Below are positions 12,445 to 25,999 of a stretch of DNA of 64,000 nucleotides, piece after piece. The notes beneath the pieces are model-generated. The model worked only from the letters and a program-made list of their open reading frames with translations. It was not told the DNA's origin and searched no databases. This stretch comes from Hydrolagus affinis (taxonomy: Eukaryota), in the NCBI GenBank assembly GCA_012026655.1, contig JAAILG010000225.1, positions 1-64,000 of the forward strand, written 5' to 3'. Within the stretch, counting starts at the first letter, position 1. Each line of letters starts with the position of its first letter. The translations under genes were made by a program, and so were the position numbers.

Positions 12445-12895
12445 GTAGATTCCTGTAGCTCAGTGGGTGGAGCACTCGGCTCTCAAGCGAGAAGCCTGTG
12501 TTGGATTCCAGGCAGGGCCAACCCCTTGGGCAAGTTTCCTTACTCTACACACCTAATAATAATAATCCCTTGAGAAAAAAATATTAAGAATTTAATCCAC
12601 GACTGTTTGTAGGGCACTGCTGTGTGTATTTGGCTGCCGCGTTCAGCCCATAAATGTACAGTTAATTAACTTTACAGTATATCACCATCGGTCACCCCAA
12701 ATCCCCCTTTCTCTCCACCCTCCCCATCCACGACCCCAGCTCGGGTCTGAAACAATGACTGTCCATTGCCTTGGGACGTCCTCCTGATGTGTAAGGCACT
12801 ATGCAAGTGTAAATTTGTTGTTGTTGTTGTACTCTGAAGCGCTTTGAGATGTCTGGAAGATGTGAAAAATGCAAGGATTATGATTATGATTATAC
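12445..12895 (+). mobile_element. SINE with an L2 3' tail inserted at about 12683-12830
   Basis: SINE body breaks at ctttacagtatat, an L2 tail ending in (gtt)n follows, and the SINE resumes at ctgaagcgctttgag. Confidence 0.85.
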
Positions 12896-13754
12896 ATGTT
12901 GGATCACTGTCTCTATGCAACAGCCTCTGTACATGTTTTATGAAAGGTTTTCACTGGTATCAACAAAGAAAGCAAAGCAAAAGTTACCAAATCTAAAAGT
13001 TGTCTATTGCACTATTCAGACGCAATTCCTATTGCGCTAAAGCAGCTTCCACACACTACCAGGGTAACTAGGTTGTGCAAGGGAAAGTGATGGGTAGGTC
13101 ACTCAGTACAGCATCCTGTGGCCCTCTCGTGTTATGGAAAACTTTTAACTCCATTGTGACACCATGTCTCTGCGAGTTATTTTCCTTTGCCTGTCTTCTG
13201 AAGAAAGCCAATTGAAGCCCCACTGCTTGTCGCGTAGTGCTGTGATACAACCAGTGCCTTGGCTTATCCTTGCTTTATGCATGTCAACAGGTATGATGGG
13301 ATTGGTGTTTCATCAGCCTTCTAATACTCATTGCCCAGAGGAGCCAGGTTATTCTGACATTGCTTACCTTGCACTATGGCTCATGGGCTGTACGATGACA
13401 GGACAAGTTGTAACTGGTTCAAGTGGCGTATTGTTACCCAGCCACCGTGGGAAATTTGTGTAAAATCGCTCTGTCAGGGAGGTGTGCGTGTGGATTATAA
13501 ACAGATGTTGCCCAATAGCTCAGTGGTACCCATTCATTTCTTTAGCCACAATCGGGCAATCCTTGTTTTGAATGAACAGTACAGTAGTCTGCTGAGGCTC
13601 ATGATTAATCAGCACGTTTCCTTCTAAATTGAGTGGTGGCTTTTACACTGAGACCTCACTTGTGGCAGCAAAAGGAAGCCAGACATATGAAGGAATGATT
13701 TAGCTTCCGATTGTTGCTGTGTGTGTGTGTGTGTGTGTGCCAAGATACAGAGAA

Positions 13755-14135
13755 ACAACAACTTGAATTTCTCAGGGGCTTAACAATGGCAGAGCCCGAG
13801 GTCGAGCCAATGGGATGGGGAAGGTGACTGTAAGTGCAGTTGAAGTGAAAGATCTTCAGCTGTGATCTGAAGATGGGGAAGGAGGCAGTGAGGCGAAAAG
13901 GTTGAGGGAGGGAATTCCAAAGTTTCAGGGCAAAGTGGCTAAAAGCACAGCCGCCGACAGTGGAGCGGAGGATTCGGAGGACAAGGAAGAGGCTGGAACC
14001 AGTAGAGCGGACACAGCAGAGACTGCTGTGAGGAGAGAGGAGGTTAGAGAGGTAGGGGCGTGCAGAGGAGTGGAGAGATTTAAACACAAGAATGAGGATC
14101 TTGAAGTCAATGCTCTGTGATAGTGAGAGTGGAGT
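13755..14135 (-). mobile_element. L2 LINE 3' fragment (ORF2 C-terminus)
   Basis: Encodes IDFKILILVFKSLH..PYLSNLL..GGCAFSHFALKLWNSLP, typical of the L2 ORF2 end. Confidence 0.9.
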
Positions 14136-15119
14136 TTGGCAATGACTGGGGTAATCATGGTTCGCATACGTCAGGTGCAGTGGGGTGATGGTGGGGTGGG
14201 GGAGAGGAAATAATCTGTTATATATGATAGATTTGCTTCTGATCATTAACTAGTGTCTTCCACCCACCACCCCCAAACCCCCACCCAATAAATGCCACAT
14301 TTGTAATGTGATTAATTGTCTTGGGAAGAACCATTCGCAGGGGCAGAGTTGGATACACGAGAGAGAAATGACTATAGGCGCAGGCTAGGAAGAAGTGCAT
14401 TACCCTGCATTCCTAAACTAATTTGCTGACACCTACCCCCCCTCCCACACCCGCAAAATCTGTACGTGTTGATAATAATATTGACATAGCGCCTTTATCG
14501 AGTCATCGAGACGAGTGCCGTGACTGTGTGTTTGGTGGGTGAAAGCTGACTGTGATGTCCAGTGAAGAGCGAGGATTGGCTGGACTCTGCCATGGTGCTT
14601 TCCGAGTGATTAGCCGAGTGAGTGTCAGAGGAGATAACAGGCACTTTGGTAGGGGTTGGCGTGGATGTCTCGTCTCGCGAGTGAGTCACTGCCTGCAGGA
14701 ACGGGCGGGGAAATATAATGGTTGAGTTACCAGGGAAGAGGCTGAAATCGAATCGGCAGAAGCAGCTCACAGATTCAGTCTTAAATGTCAGCTTGAAGGT
14801 TTCTAAAAAAACATTATATTGAAAAGTGCTAAGAAGTATGTTGACCTTTAGAGAGATTTAGTTTCATTATGAAGTAACAATCTAATAAGCCTGTTAGGAC
14901 AAAGTACCTGATCAGTCAGAAGCAACTAATCCTTTTTTTCATTTACGAGCCAGAGCAATACACACGTATAAAGCAATAATTTATTCGCTAAAGAATCCTC
15001 GTGTAGTTTTCAACACAAAGGACGTTCTTGCAGTGGAGTAATGGTAGCTGGTTGGGTAAACTATGGAAAGTAATGTATCCTGGCCAACAATGCCCCTGAT
15101 AAAATGTGTCTTTCACTTC

Positions 15120-15430
15120 ATGGCTGTTTCTGCGACTTTGCTATGTGCAAATCGGCTGTGTTGTTGCCTCTATAATACAGACTTTCACTTTACAAGACAT
15201 CCTGTGAAGCAGTTTGATGCACCCCCTGAAGTGACGGATGATAATGAAATGCAAGGATTGTTATTAATTATTGTAATTATATGATAAATATTACAACAGT
15301 TATAATTAAATAACTATATTTTCACCCACAAATTATACAGATAATTCACTTCAAAATATATCCTACGAAGTGCTTTGAGACCCCTCAATGACATGGTGAC
15401 ATGATAAAGCGCTACATCAAATGCAAGGAA
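15120..15430 (+). mobile_element. Two tandem SINE tail fragments
   Basis: Two successive ...gaag..tttga...aaatgcaagga tails. Confidence 0.7.
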
Positions 15431-15588
15431 AAAAGTATATTGATATTTTGCTGTCAGTTGAGTAGCCTAGGATAACTGCCTCTTGTGCTGCTCTGCACTG
15501 ACCCTTTGACAAGACCTTATTGGGCAAGAAATTGGCACCTTAGTATTGGAAGCACAGTATTGGAGTATCAAAGGGCTCTGCTGGTACC

Positions 15589-15688
15589 NNNNNNNNNNNN
15601 NNNNNNNNNNNNNNNNNNNNNNNNNNNNNNNNNNNNNNNNNNNNNNNNNNNNNNNNNNNNNNNNNNNNNNNNNNNNNNNNNNNNNNNN
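15589..15688. other. Assembly gap (100 N)
   Basis: Run of N. Confidence 1.
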
Positions 15689-17010
15689 CTGCTGTTGGTG
15701 TATGCTTAACATGTGCAAGTTTTATTTCTTTGTAAGCACGTAGGTTTTGAACTGCACCGTAAAATGTTGAGAAGTCACAGTGTAAGTCCCATGGTGACCG
15801 AGGCACTGATTGCATTATAGCATAATTGCTTTGATGCCCCAAAGTGACCTTCCTCTCTCTTTCTCTCTCTCTCTCTCGCTCGTTCTCTTTCTTAACCTTC
15901 ACCTCCTCTTTTAACTGTTTGTATAAGGAATGTGTGGCATTCTGACCAGGCCACTGTTGAATATTTTTAGTGCATGATGTGATTGGGTTTTCCTGCCAGG
16001 TTTTGTTTTCAAGGGGCTAAAAATAAAACCAATCTCAAAAGTGCGGAATGGTGGAGACCGAGAGTTGTTGTGTGAAAAAAAACAGGCGATTTTTTTAAAA
16101 AAAAAGAACAATAAGGGAAAAAATAAAGTAAGATTTAAGGGCTGCTAGGTAGACGGGCGTGTGGAGTGAGGAAAGTTGCGTAAGGTTTTGTCCTGCCTGG
16201 GAATCGAATCATGCAAGTGCATTAACCACTACATAACAGCACTCCATTTTTTAGCAAACCTCTTTTGTGTTAAATATTTCCCATTGATTGTCTGTAGTTT
16301 GACCAGGGGTGGGGGGTGGGGTGGAATAGACTCTCGGAAAGACCTGAAAATTACCCTTTTTGTTTCATTTTTATTTTATAAATTTAAAAACTGTCTTTGA
16401 TGTTTCCCTGAAGATATTCCCACCGTTAATGGCCCGCTGGGAGCACATCCCTGCCATTGTTTTATTTTCCTTCTTTCTACTGTGACTGTCTGTGAACTTT
16501 TAGCTCCCGTCATAATTCACCTGCACTTTTCGTAGGAATCTGGTCTGCATCTGTAACAGTAGCTCTGTAAGATTGACAAGGAAAAATCCTGAATCAATTT
16601 TTTTTCCTCTGAATCCTACTAAAGTTCCCTTTGTCGTTCCTTTCTCTCCCCACACACCCACACACAACTGTCTCGAGTTTAATGCTTTTAAGTGCTTGTG
16701 GACTCGACAGCTACTATGTATGATGTATTCAGCCGAAAGGCACATCTTTTAATTCTCTTCCTCCCTCACCTATTCCTTTACTTTTCAAAATCCATGCCTG
16801 CATTTGGGCAGAATTGCTCATTGGCATAATTTTAAGAGAGCTCCCAGAAATTCTTTAGAGAAAGAAAATGATATTCATTTTGTGTGCTTTGGACAAACAC
16901 ACTTGAGAGGAATTGCAGCATCCAGTGAGTTGGAATGATTCCACACTGCCCAGATTACAGACTTTTTATGGTGTTTGGATAACTGCAATAATTGCTCCAA
17001 GATGTTATAT

Positions 17011-17322
17011 TGTGGAGTCCTGTAGCTCAGTGGTTGGAGCACTCGCCTTACAAGCGTGAGACCTGTGTTCGAATCCAAGCAGGTCAATACGAAACCTTGG
17101 GCAAGCTTCCTTACTCCACAGGCCTAATAATAATCACTCCCCCAAAAAATAAAACTGGTCATTTCAATCCACGGCTGTTTGTGGGACACTGCTGTGCATA
17201 ATTAGCTGCCGTGTTTTGCCCATAAACATACAGTCAATTCACTTTACAATAGATTCTGTGAAGCATTTTGAGTTGTTTAGAAGACGTGAAAAGCGCTATA
17301 TCAAATGCAGGGATTATTATTT
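17011..17322 (+). mobile_element. Full-length short-subfamily tRNA-derived SINE (best reference copy)
   Basis: gtggagtcctgtagctcagtggttggagcactcgccttacaagcgtgagacctgtgttcgaatcc head with A and B boxes; tail gacgtgaaaagcgctatatcaaatgcagggattattat. Confidence 0.95.
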
Positions 17323-17814
17323 TGCATTTCATGCCAATTAGCATACAACTCTTAAGCAAAATATATGTGTTGGTATTTATTTATTGCACGTGTGTGCATG
17401 TGTGTATACCTGCGCACATGTGTTTGTGTGTGCACGTGCGAGAATGTGTGTGGAGAAAAGAAGTGGGACACATGTTTGTTTCCCCCCACCCCGGCTTCTC
17501 GTGTAAAGAACAGCTCACAAATTAAGAGTACTGATTATGGTTTTCCTCTTGCTGTTATCGACGACCTTTATTTTTTAATGGGAAGGAGGCAAACAGGACA
17601 AACAGTGCTGCCTGCCCTGCATAATACTCACCAGCTGATGACCAGTGGCTCTGATGGCACCTCTGGAGTAGTCTATGTTTAACGTACTTTCCAGGCCTTT
17701 GAAAAGCGTTGCAGGTTTTGTGTCTGCATTGGATCACAGGGAGAAGAGAATGTGCATTATTGTTTGAGCCATTGATTTAGCAAATAAACATGAGTGATTT
17801 CTCAGTTGGTTCAT

Positions 17815-18075
17815 GTAGAATTACATAGAATGAAACGGCACGGAAAACAGCATTCCAATGGCAACTAATCCATGCTGGTGTTTATACTCCATGGGAACAT
17901 CCAGTCCTCCTAATCCCCTCTGTTCCCTTCTCCCTCATTTATGCATCAAGTCTCTACTGAAATATGTTCATGCTTTTCATTTCAACCACAACCCCTGGCA
18001 GTGGGTTCCACTTCCTCACCACCCTCTGCTTAAATGTGTTTATCCTAAACTCCCTTTCAGATCTCCTGCTAGCTA
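17815..18075 (-). mobile_element. CR1 LINE 3' fragment, diverged
   Basis: Start resembling the catagaat repeat; caaccac..ccctggcagtgggttccac...caccaccctctg is the reverse of CR1 ORF2 RVV..WN.LP. Confidence 0.75.
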
Positions 18076-18085
18076 TATTTTAGGA

Positions 18086-18205
18086 ATAATAAGCCTTGCA
18101 TTTGATATCGCGTTTTGTCATGTCTTCTAGACGTCTCAAAGTGCTTCACAAAATTTACTGTAAAGAGAACTGACTGTATTTTGTGAGTGAAATGTGGCCA
18201 ACAAA
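18086..18205 (-). mobile_element. SINE tail
   Basis: Family tail in reverse orientation. Confidence 0.8.
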
Positions 18206-19799
18206 TGGAAACAGTACATCAATGTGCGCAAACTTGTGCGTCCACACACCTGCAAAGTTTCACAGCAAAACTATTTTCGACGTACATGTACCGTTTTTAT
18301 AAACTGTAATGAGGTACTATATTGTAGACTCCACAGACTTTAAAATGGAATTTATAGTACAATGCCATGCTGCTAAATGTAATGCTCCACATTCATCAAG
18401 TTAGCTTGTTACCCAGATTAAATCTATTCAGCGCAATTCTGCAGTATTATACAGATTGCTTAATTTTATGACTGTCTGGCTGCCTTTGTTTGCATTTTAC
18501 ACTTCAGTGCTATTTGGCTTAAGGGTTTATTGCATGTGTAATACTGCCTTCCGGATAAGGTAGCGTTTTAGCGTTTTTTTTCAAATGGGAGAGTTGCGCA
18601 AGACTGACTTAGTCTGACTGCAGAAATTAAATAAGGTCCGTAATAAACAGGGCTGTTATTGACCAAGTAAAGAGGCTTTGGTAAATTAATGACTTGTTGC
18701 TATGTTGCTGGATCTTGCTGACTGGCAGTGTAGGTGGGGTCAGTGGGTCCTCTTGTTCAGAGGGGAACAAGGCCGCCCGCCCACACCAATGTGAGCGAGT
18801 GAAACCTGCGGTCAGGTCATCCTGGTGACATTTCTGTGCTTACACTGCAGTATTCCAGAGGTCACTCTACATCTGATTCATTTCACAAAGAGCGCTGCTT
18901 GTTTGTTCAAAGCCCACAAGGGGATGCCTTAATGGAAAGTACATATTTGAGAAAAGCCGGGATCAATGCTTGAGGCGCGGAAGAGGGAAGTTCCCTGAAG
19001 TGCAGTCTTGACAAGGAGGCAAGGAGAGAACCAGAGAGGCGCACGCTCATCCCACATCAATAAGTTTTGATCTATTCCTATGATAAATAAAATCTTTCTC
19101 AAGATGGGACGCTGACTGTGCGCGTTTAAACCTGGCAATTTGTGGCCCTTTCACACGGTGCAGTGGCTTCGCTAACTGACCCATTGAAAGAGCCTCGAGG
19201 AACGTCTCAAATGAAAACATGCATGGCGATGAGTGTTGTTAAGTCATTCACCTTTGGTGATGCAATAATAGATTATCCTTGCATTGGACCCGTTGTTGCG
19301 AGCCCCCACAACGCTTCTCACAACATATTGTAAAGTGGATTTTTTAAAAAAAAAACTGTTTTGTGGGTGAACGCGGCAGCCAATGTCTCACAAGCTCGCA
19401 AAGTAGTGATGTTTGGGAGGTTTTCAACTGGGTTCAGTCAGGCTGCTGAGCTTAAAAGGAATGATGAGTGAAAATAGATTACCCATTTGCTACATACTGT
19501 ATTTGGAAAAAGTTAGTCCCAAAACGTTCTGTTGATGGCACTGCTTTTCAGCAGTGCCTTCGTTCACCATCTGTGCTTTTATCATCGCTTTGAGAACAAA
19601 ATGTTTTGGACACTTTGTGATGTACTTTTGTAAACAGTTTGTTTGATGGTGAATGCTCGGAGTTGCTCTGCCCATCTGTTGAATACACAACTTGGTCAAC
19701 ATCCACAGGTGTTGCGTACATTCTCCCATCTGAAAAAGATTTATAGATTAAGGTAAACACGTTCCTTGAATGTGATGTTAAACTGAATTCCAGTTTGTC

Positions 19800-20112
19800 T
19801 GGTCTTCTGCCCGACCCCTCTGTTCAGCGGGCTACTGTCTGCTCATGTCTTCCACTCGACCCGCCGTACCATCGGTAGCCGGGCTTTCAGCCTCTCTGCC
19901 CCACGCTCTGAAACTCGATCCCACACAGTTGCTTCGCCTCGCTTCCTCCCTTGCCTCCTTCAAGGTCGGTCTCAAGACCCTCCTTTTCTATCATGCCTTC
20001 TGCCACCCTCCAACCTCCCTCGCTACTACTCTGCCCCTCCCCCATGCTCAGGTCCCAACACCTGACTGTTCAGCGCATCGGGACGTCCTCCCAACATAAA
20101 AGGCGCTCTATA
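19800..20112 (+). mobile_element. L2 LINE 3' fragment
   Basis: Similar to the reverse complement of 56489-56830; ccatcggtagccgggctttcagcc...ttcaaggtcggtctcaagacc. Confidence 0.85.
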
Positions 20113-20393
20113 CACAGAATCACAAGAGAATGAGCCCTGGTCTCAAATACCACCCATTTTAGTCATTAAATACTGACTAACCAAATGTTTCCTTTCTTTC
20201 ATAACCCTGACCCTGTGTAGTCTTGCTCTGCTACCTTATCACCTATGTTCTTCTGGGTGTACTTTCTTGATGGCATTTAGCATTTTGTGCACCTCCCATG
20301 GTCCCTTTTAAGACATCCGGTGAGAACACATGGAAAGCTTGAGAATAACCTTCAGGGGGAGTGTCCATGGTTCAAGGATACGTTAAAGATCTC

Positions 20394-20750
20394 ATGGAGT
20401 CCCATAGCATAGTAGTTAGCATGTTAGTCTTGCAAGTGAAAGGATCTGGGTTCGATTCCCCAGTGAAGCAAAGCCTTAGGCAAGTTTCCTTATTCCACAC
20501 GCCACTGTTTACCCAATAGTAAGTAAGAACATGTTGCTGGTTGATTGGTGGATCACTTTCCAGGGGTAATGGTCCCTAAAAAAAAACTCACTCAACCCAT
20601 GACTGTTTGTGGGTCATTGTTGTGTATAATTGGCTACTGCGTTTGGCCCACAAAATACGCAGTCAATCCAGTTTACAATAATATTCTGTGAAGTGCTTTG
20701 GGATGTCTCAACAAAGTGATAAGGAGCTCTATCAAATCCAAGGATTATTA
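20394..20750 (+). mobile_element. Full-length long-subfamily SINE
   Basis: tRNA head, the internal ctgtttacccaatagtaagtaagaac...gatcactttccaggggtaat segment, and the tail. Confidence 0.9.
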
Positions 20751-20859
20751 TGGTACTATATCGAAAACAAAAAACTGGGAGTTCTCACAAACTTTTCCCT
20801 TTCATCCACCAACAACCCCCCGCCCCCCCTACCCCATTTAAGTGGTTATATAACCTGAT

Positions 20860-20970
20860 TCGCCCACAAATATATATAGTCAATTCACTTTACAGTATAT
20901 TCTGTGAAGTGCTTTGGGACATCGATAAGATGTGAAAAGCACTATATCAAATGCAAGGATTATTATTATT
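20860..20970 (+). mobile_element. SINE tail
   Basis: Family tail. Confidence 0.85.
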
Positions 20971-21224
20971 TCTAATTGCATGAGTGCTTTAATTTCCAAG
21001 TACTCCAGGATCAAACAGAAATATTAATAGAGTAAATGGGGAGTACCATCGACTACAAGTAATGATTCTCCTTTTTCATTTTCACACGATAACCTATAAC
21101 CATTAAAGCCAGTTCTCCTCCTTGCTTATGTTCACAGTTATTTTGATTACAGGTTTTTTTTTAGACATGGTCAATAATTTCATTTTCTATCCTGAATCAA
21201 TATCCCTCCCCCCATCACCTGTGT

Positions 21225-21430
21225 AATAATAATAATAATCCTTACATTTGATATAGTGCTTTTCTTATCAATGTCTCAAAGTGCTTCACAGAATATACTG
21301 TAAAGTGAATTGAATCTGTATTTGTGGACTAAACGCGGCAGCCAATTGCACACAGCAGTGTCCCCACATACAGCGGTGGGTTGAAAATGACCAATTTTTA
21401 TTATTGTGGTTTTTTGGGCGACATATTATT
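21225..21430 (-). mobile_element. SINE 3' half
   Basis: Family body and tail in reverse orientation. Confidence 0.9.
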
Positions 21431-22212
21431 AGTCTAGAACAGTGGGTTGAAAACAACTTTGATCTGAAGATTATTTTTAATAGATAGCTTGAAGGGATTA
21501 TTCATTATGACCTGTGATTTGCCACAGGTTAGCTTGTGTCTTTAGGAAAGGGAAGGTGGGAAAATGTTCTATTTTAGATCTCTCTCTCTCTCTCTCCCTT
21601 TGTCTCTTGGAGGTATGCGAGAACATAAGGGGAACGCAATTTGCTGATGGTGAGTGTCCATAGTTCACAAGAAGCCATGTGTAAAACCTTTTTCATGTTA
21701 ATGGACATAGTGAAAGCTGACTGAACAATTACTGCCATTGAACAAGCCAGTACATTATCAAATATGCTAGGCTGCAGCTCTGAAGCCTGATTTGCAGTTT
21801 AATGGCAGTTTGTTGATTGCTTTATGTGCAAAAGATATTGCTAAATGGTCTATAATTTACTTAAAAATAAATGGCATCCATTCTATCGACCTATCGTACT
21901 ATGACACCAAGCCTGTAGACGAATGCAACATGAAGCAATACCAGCTTTATATTCTGTGAAGCGCTTTGAGATGTCTCAACGATGTGATAAGGCGCTTATA
22001 TCAAATGCAAGGGTTATTATTTTTAGAAGCACATTGAAAGGAGTTGTTGGATGATTCTAACCTAATGCTACGACTTCTTAAAAATGCTTTAACGAATCCT
22101 GTGTGTCTCTGATACATCTCAATGATCCATTCAAAGAGAGACCTCCAGGAACCTTTCATCCTTCCTTGTAAATCAATGCTCATCGATATGTAATGGAAAT
22201 CCCTTTCCTGGC

Positions 22213-22467
22213 ACCTCAATCCACCACTGTTTGTGGATCACTGCTGTGCTGCGTTTTGCCCACAAACTGCAGTCAATCCACTTTACAATATATATTCTGT
22301 AAAGCGCTTTGAGATGTTTCACCGATTGACTGCCATGTTTTGCCCACATATATACAGTCAATTCACTTTACAATATATTCTGTGAAGCACTTTGAGAAGT
22401 CTAGAAGATGTGAAAAGCGCTATATCAAATGCAAGGATTGGTATTATTACAATAATTATCATTATTA
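22213..22467 (+). mobile_element. Two tandem SINE 3' halves
   Basis: Body repeats twice (ttttgcccaca...cagtcaat.cactttacaatatattctgt). Confidence 0.85.
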
Positions 22468-23354
22468 TCTGTGACAGCCGGTTTGGGAGAGATTGGGCCC
22501 CTGCTGGGACTACCTGGACTATTGAATGATCTACTGACAATCATTTCCTAGGCTCACACATTAATAGTAACCTGAGGGCAAGGTTTCCTCAGGAGAGACA
22601 TACCTGAGCTGACAAGGCCAGACATGGAGCAGAGAGCCATATGCTAATGGGGGTAAAATTGGAAAAATAATTGGACATTTATATTTTTAAAATTATTTTA
22701 AAAAGCGTGAGTGATCTGTAACTTAATGGGATCAAGTCCTTATTAATCTCTCATAATGGAAATGAGAATGCAATCTTTGGGGTCATTTGTCTTAAGAGTG
22801 GTATATTGATTTGTTTTTAAGGCAGATTAATCTGGGAAGTGTGATCCAATTCTTTCTAGGCTACTTGGCATAACCAAATCATCTTTCTTCTGCTCTTTAT
22901 GGATTTGCTGCGACTCAATTTCTTTAGCATTGAGCTGTTGCTCGCATGGCAGGCCCACTGACCTTATGTCTGGTCCAGTTCCTCTCAGGTATGTCTCTCC
23001 TGAGGAAACTGTTAAAGAGCGGCCTCATACCTGCACTGGTGGATATGCTCCTGGCAATCAGCAAATCTTTTACTTCAAGGCAGTTAATACCAAATAGGGA
23101 TCCATTATATTCTGCTTTGTAATCACTTTGTCGCAATAAAGTAGGGGTATTAAGACGCTCTTTATTCATAGCCTGATCTATATTGGAGTCTTAAATTACT
23201 TTTGTTAGACGGCTTTGTGGTTATTTGTAGGCTTCTTTCCAATCTGCGATTAATGAATGAAAACGCAACATACAAGAATGGTTTTGATCGATCATTTCTG
23301 ATGCTCAATACCAGCATCAAACCTTAGTTTTGCTCTCAAAACATTATCGTAATG

Positions 23355-23600
23355 AAAATTCTTGCATTTGATATTGTGCCTTGTGTTGAAATTTTGGAAA
23401 GTGTTTTACACTAATTATTGATGGGTGTAGTGACTGTGTCCCCTTCGTGTTTCACCCCCGCCCAAACACTCCCCTCCCAGCTCGGGTCACACGCCTCCTG
23501 TGCAGCGCCTTGGGACATCCTCCCGACGTGAAAGGCGCTCTATAAATGTAATTTGTTGTTGTTGTTGTTGTGTCTTGTTGGCAAATGCAGCAGCTAATTT
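23355..23600. mobile_element. Minus-strand SINE tail interrupted by a plus-strand L2 tail (about 23441-23570)
   Basis: L2 tail ends in (gtt)n; tgtgtc occurs at both junctions and may be a target-site duplication. Confidence 0.7.
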
Positions 23601-23945
23601 ATAATAAGAATCCTTGCATTTGATGTAGTGCCTTATCACATCGTTGAGAGGTCTCAAAATGTTTCATACAATAAAGCTAATTGACTGTGTATTTTGTGGG
23701 TGAAACATGGCAGCCAAATTGTGAGCATCAATGACCTGTAAAGAATAATGAACCATTTAACTGAAGGATTGTTGACCAGGACACTGGGAGAAACTCAGTT
23801 TTCTCTGTGCAAAAACTTTCTCTGTTCAAATACTTTCACTGATTTTATTATCTACCTGACCAGATAGATGAAAACTCAGCTTACTATTTTATAGCATCAG
23901 TCTAGACCGTGATCTTAAAGTGCCCATGGCATTTAAACCTAAAAC
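23601..23945 (-). mobile_element. DeuSINE-like element, diverged
   Basis: SINE tail followed by Deu-like gttgaccaggacactgggagaaactc and atctacctgaccagataga. Confidence 0.65.
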
Positions 23946-24709
23946 CATTTGTATTTCATTCCAAAGATCGTCTATTCATTCCAATAATAAAAGATTGAAT
24001 GTCTAAAATGTAACACATCTCACTAAAAGTCATATTTTACTGTTCTTTAAGCTCTGTACATACTGAACTGAAGCTTGTTGTAAGTATAAGTAGTTACTCT
24101 TTTATTTGCCAATTTTTGCTGTTTGTTGATAGAATGCAATACAAATGGAATGCAATACAAATGGTTATGGAATATGCTTATGAAATGAATGGAATCATTT
24201 GTTTCTTTCTGCCTTGTTAAAAGCCTTGCCTCAAAGCGATTCACAGGAATGACCTGTCGAGTATAATGTTAGCTTTTCGTAGGCAACTCAGTGTCAAACA
24301 GGCAAAAGGTGAAAGTGGGGAATCCAGAAACATCAAATAATGTGGGAGCTGATTCTACTTGAGCCATTTGGAGGTTCAGCGGCTCATATCGTTCCAAGGC
24401 AACATATTTATTGAGCGCAGTTGAGTTGAGCATCATTGCAAAATAGATGTTCCTCAGCCCATTGGGTTCTTTAAAGTAGTCCCTGCCATCGATTCAATGT
24501 TCATCCACCCTTATTTTTTTTGACGTAACTAAGATGTTTTTCTGAAGGAATGAGGAACAAAGTCAGATTGCTTCTCTTCGATATGGTCTTTGAAGTCTGT
24601 TCTTAACAAAGATTGCAGAGTTCTCGCATGCCAGTGTACAAAATTCTAAAAGCAGGCAGTGTCTGGTGACTCTCTTAGTTTTTTCTCTCCTGGAAAGACA
24701 GAACAGGAG

Positions 24710-24825
24710 ACAGCTGTGCACAATTGGCTGCCCACAAATATACAGTCAATTCACTTTCCAGTATATTCTGTGAAGCGCTTTGAGACATCTAGAATATGTG
24801 AAAAATTCAAGGATTATTATTTATT
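24710..24825 (+). mobile_element. SINE tail
   Basis: Family tail. Confidence 0.85.
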
Positions 24826-24872
24826 ATAATAAGACCAATATCGCTTTTTATTGAACGTGGTAGAGCAGTAAT

Positions 24873-25176
24873 AATAATAATCATCCTTGCATTTGATATA
24901 GCGCTTTCCAGACGTCTTAAAACGCTTCACAAAATATACTGTAAAGTGCATTGACTGTATATTTGTGGACGAAACGCGGCTGCCAATTGTGCACAGCAGT
25001 GTCCCACAAATAGTCATGGGATGAAATGACCAATTTTATTATTGTTCTTTTTTGAGGGATTATTATTAGGCATGTAGAGCAAGGAAACTTGCCCAAGATT
25101 TCGCCCTGCCTCGATTCAAACACAGGTTTCATGCTTGTAAGGCGAGTGCTCTAACCACTGAGCTACAGGACTCCAC
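24873..25176 (-). mobile_element. Full-length short-subfamily SINE
   Basis: Complete from head to tail with low divergence. Confidence 0.95.
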
Positions 25177-25999
25177 ATTAAAAAAAACTGAAAAACATTA
25201 AAATGTTTATGCAACTGGTCATTTTAATTTCACACAACTATTTGTACCCAAAAAAAAAGTTTGACCATGAATTTATTGATGAGAACAAACCAAAAGGAAA
25301 TGACTCCAGTGTTGCATGTTTTCATTTCCTGCCAGCTTAGTGTTTGAATGTGGTGATTATAAACCGTCTATAGGTTCACACTTTAAGTAATTTTAGGATG
25401 AAATGTTTCCTCTCCCGAGGGGAAAGGGATCCAGGGTGGATTAATCCCTTCATTTGAATGTCAAGCTGTGACATCTGGATAATAAAACACTGAGTCAGTT
25501 TTCAAAAATCAAATTTCTAAGAGCTTGCCATAGTGACAATTTAATTACTTCTCATATCTGACCGTTTGTCAGCTCTTTCCTCAGTCAAACTATGCTGTCG
25601 TTTCAGGCCTCAATTTCTGCATCCGTGAAACTGATAATTCTTGTGTGTGTTCTAATGCTGTGAATCACTTGGCTGCCCACACCCTTCCTATTTGCAGGGA
25701 TTAGTTTCTCTGAGAGGATTGTATGCTTGCATTTCTCATCTTCCAAGCAGTATATGGTTGGGATTTAAACTCTGTTAAGTTTTTGTTGAGATTTTTTTCA
25801 CTGTGCTTTCCCCTAGTGTGTACTCACAATCTTTGTTTCTTTTTCTCTCTCCTTCCTCCTCTCCCCCCCACCCCCAATTCCTCCCAATTCCTCTGTGATT
25901 TTACCCAAGCGTCTACTCTTCACATGGCTCCCAGTGCCTTGAAGTCTACCTGGCAACCTGAAGCTTGTTGGTTCCTCTCTTACCTATTGGGACCTCTTG

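Noticed and set aside
13656-14246. 196-aa ORF
   Set aside because: L2 fragment running into a microsatellite
17011-17085. tRNA-like sequence with A and B boxes and a TAC anticodon loop
   Set aside because: No proper acceptor stem, and it continues into the SINE body, so it is a SINE head; the same applies to 28090 and 28835
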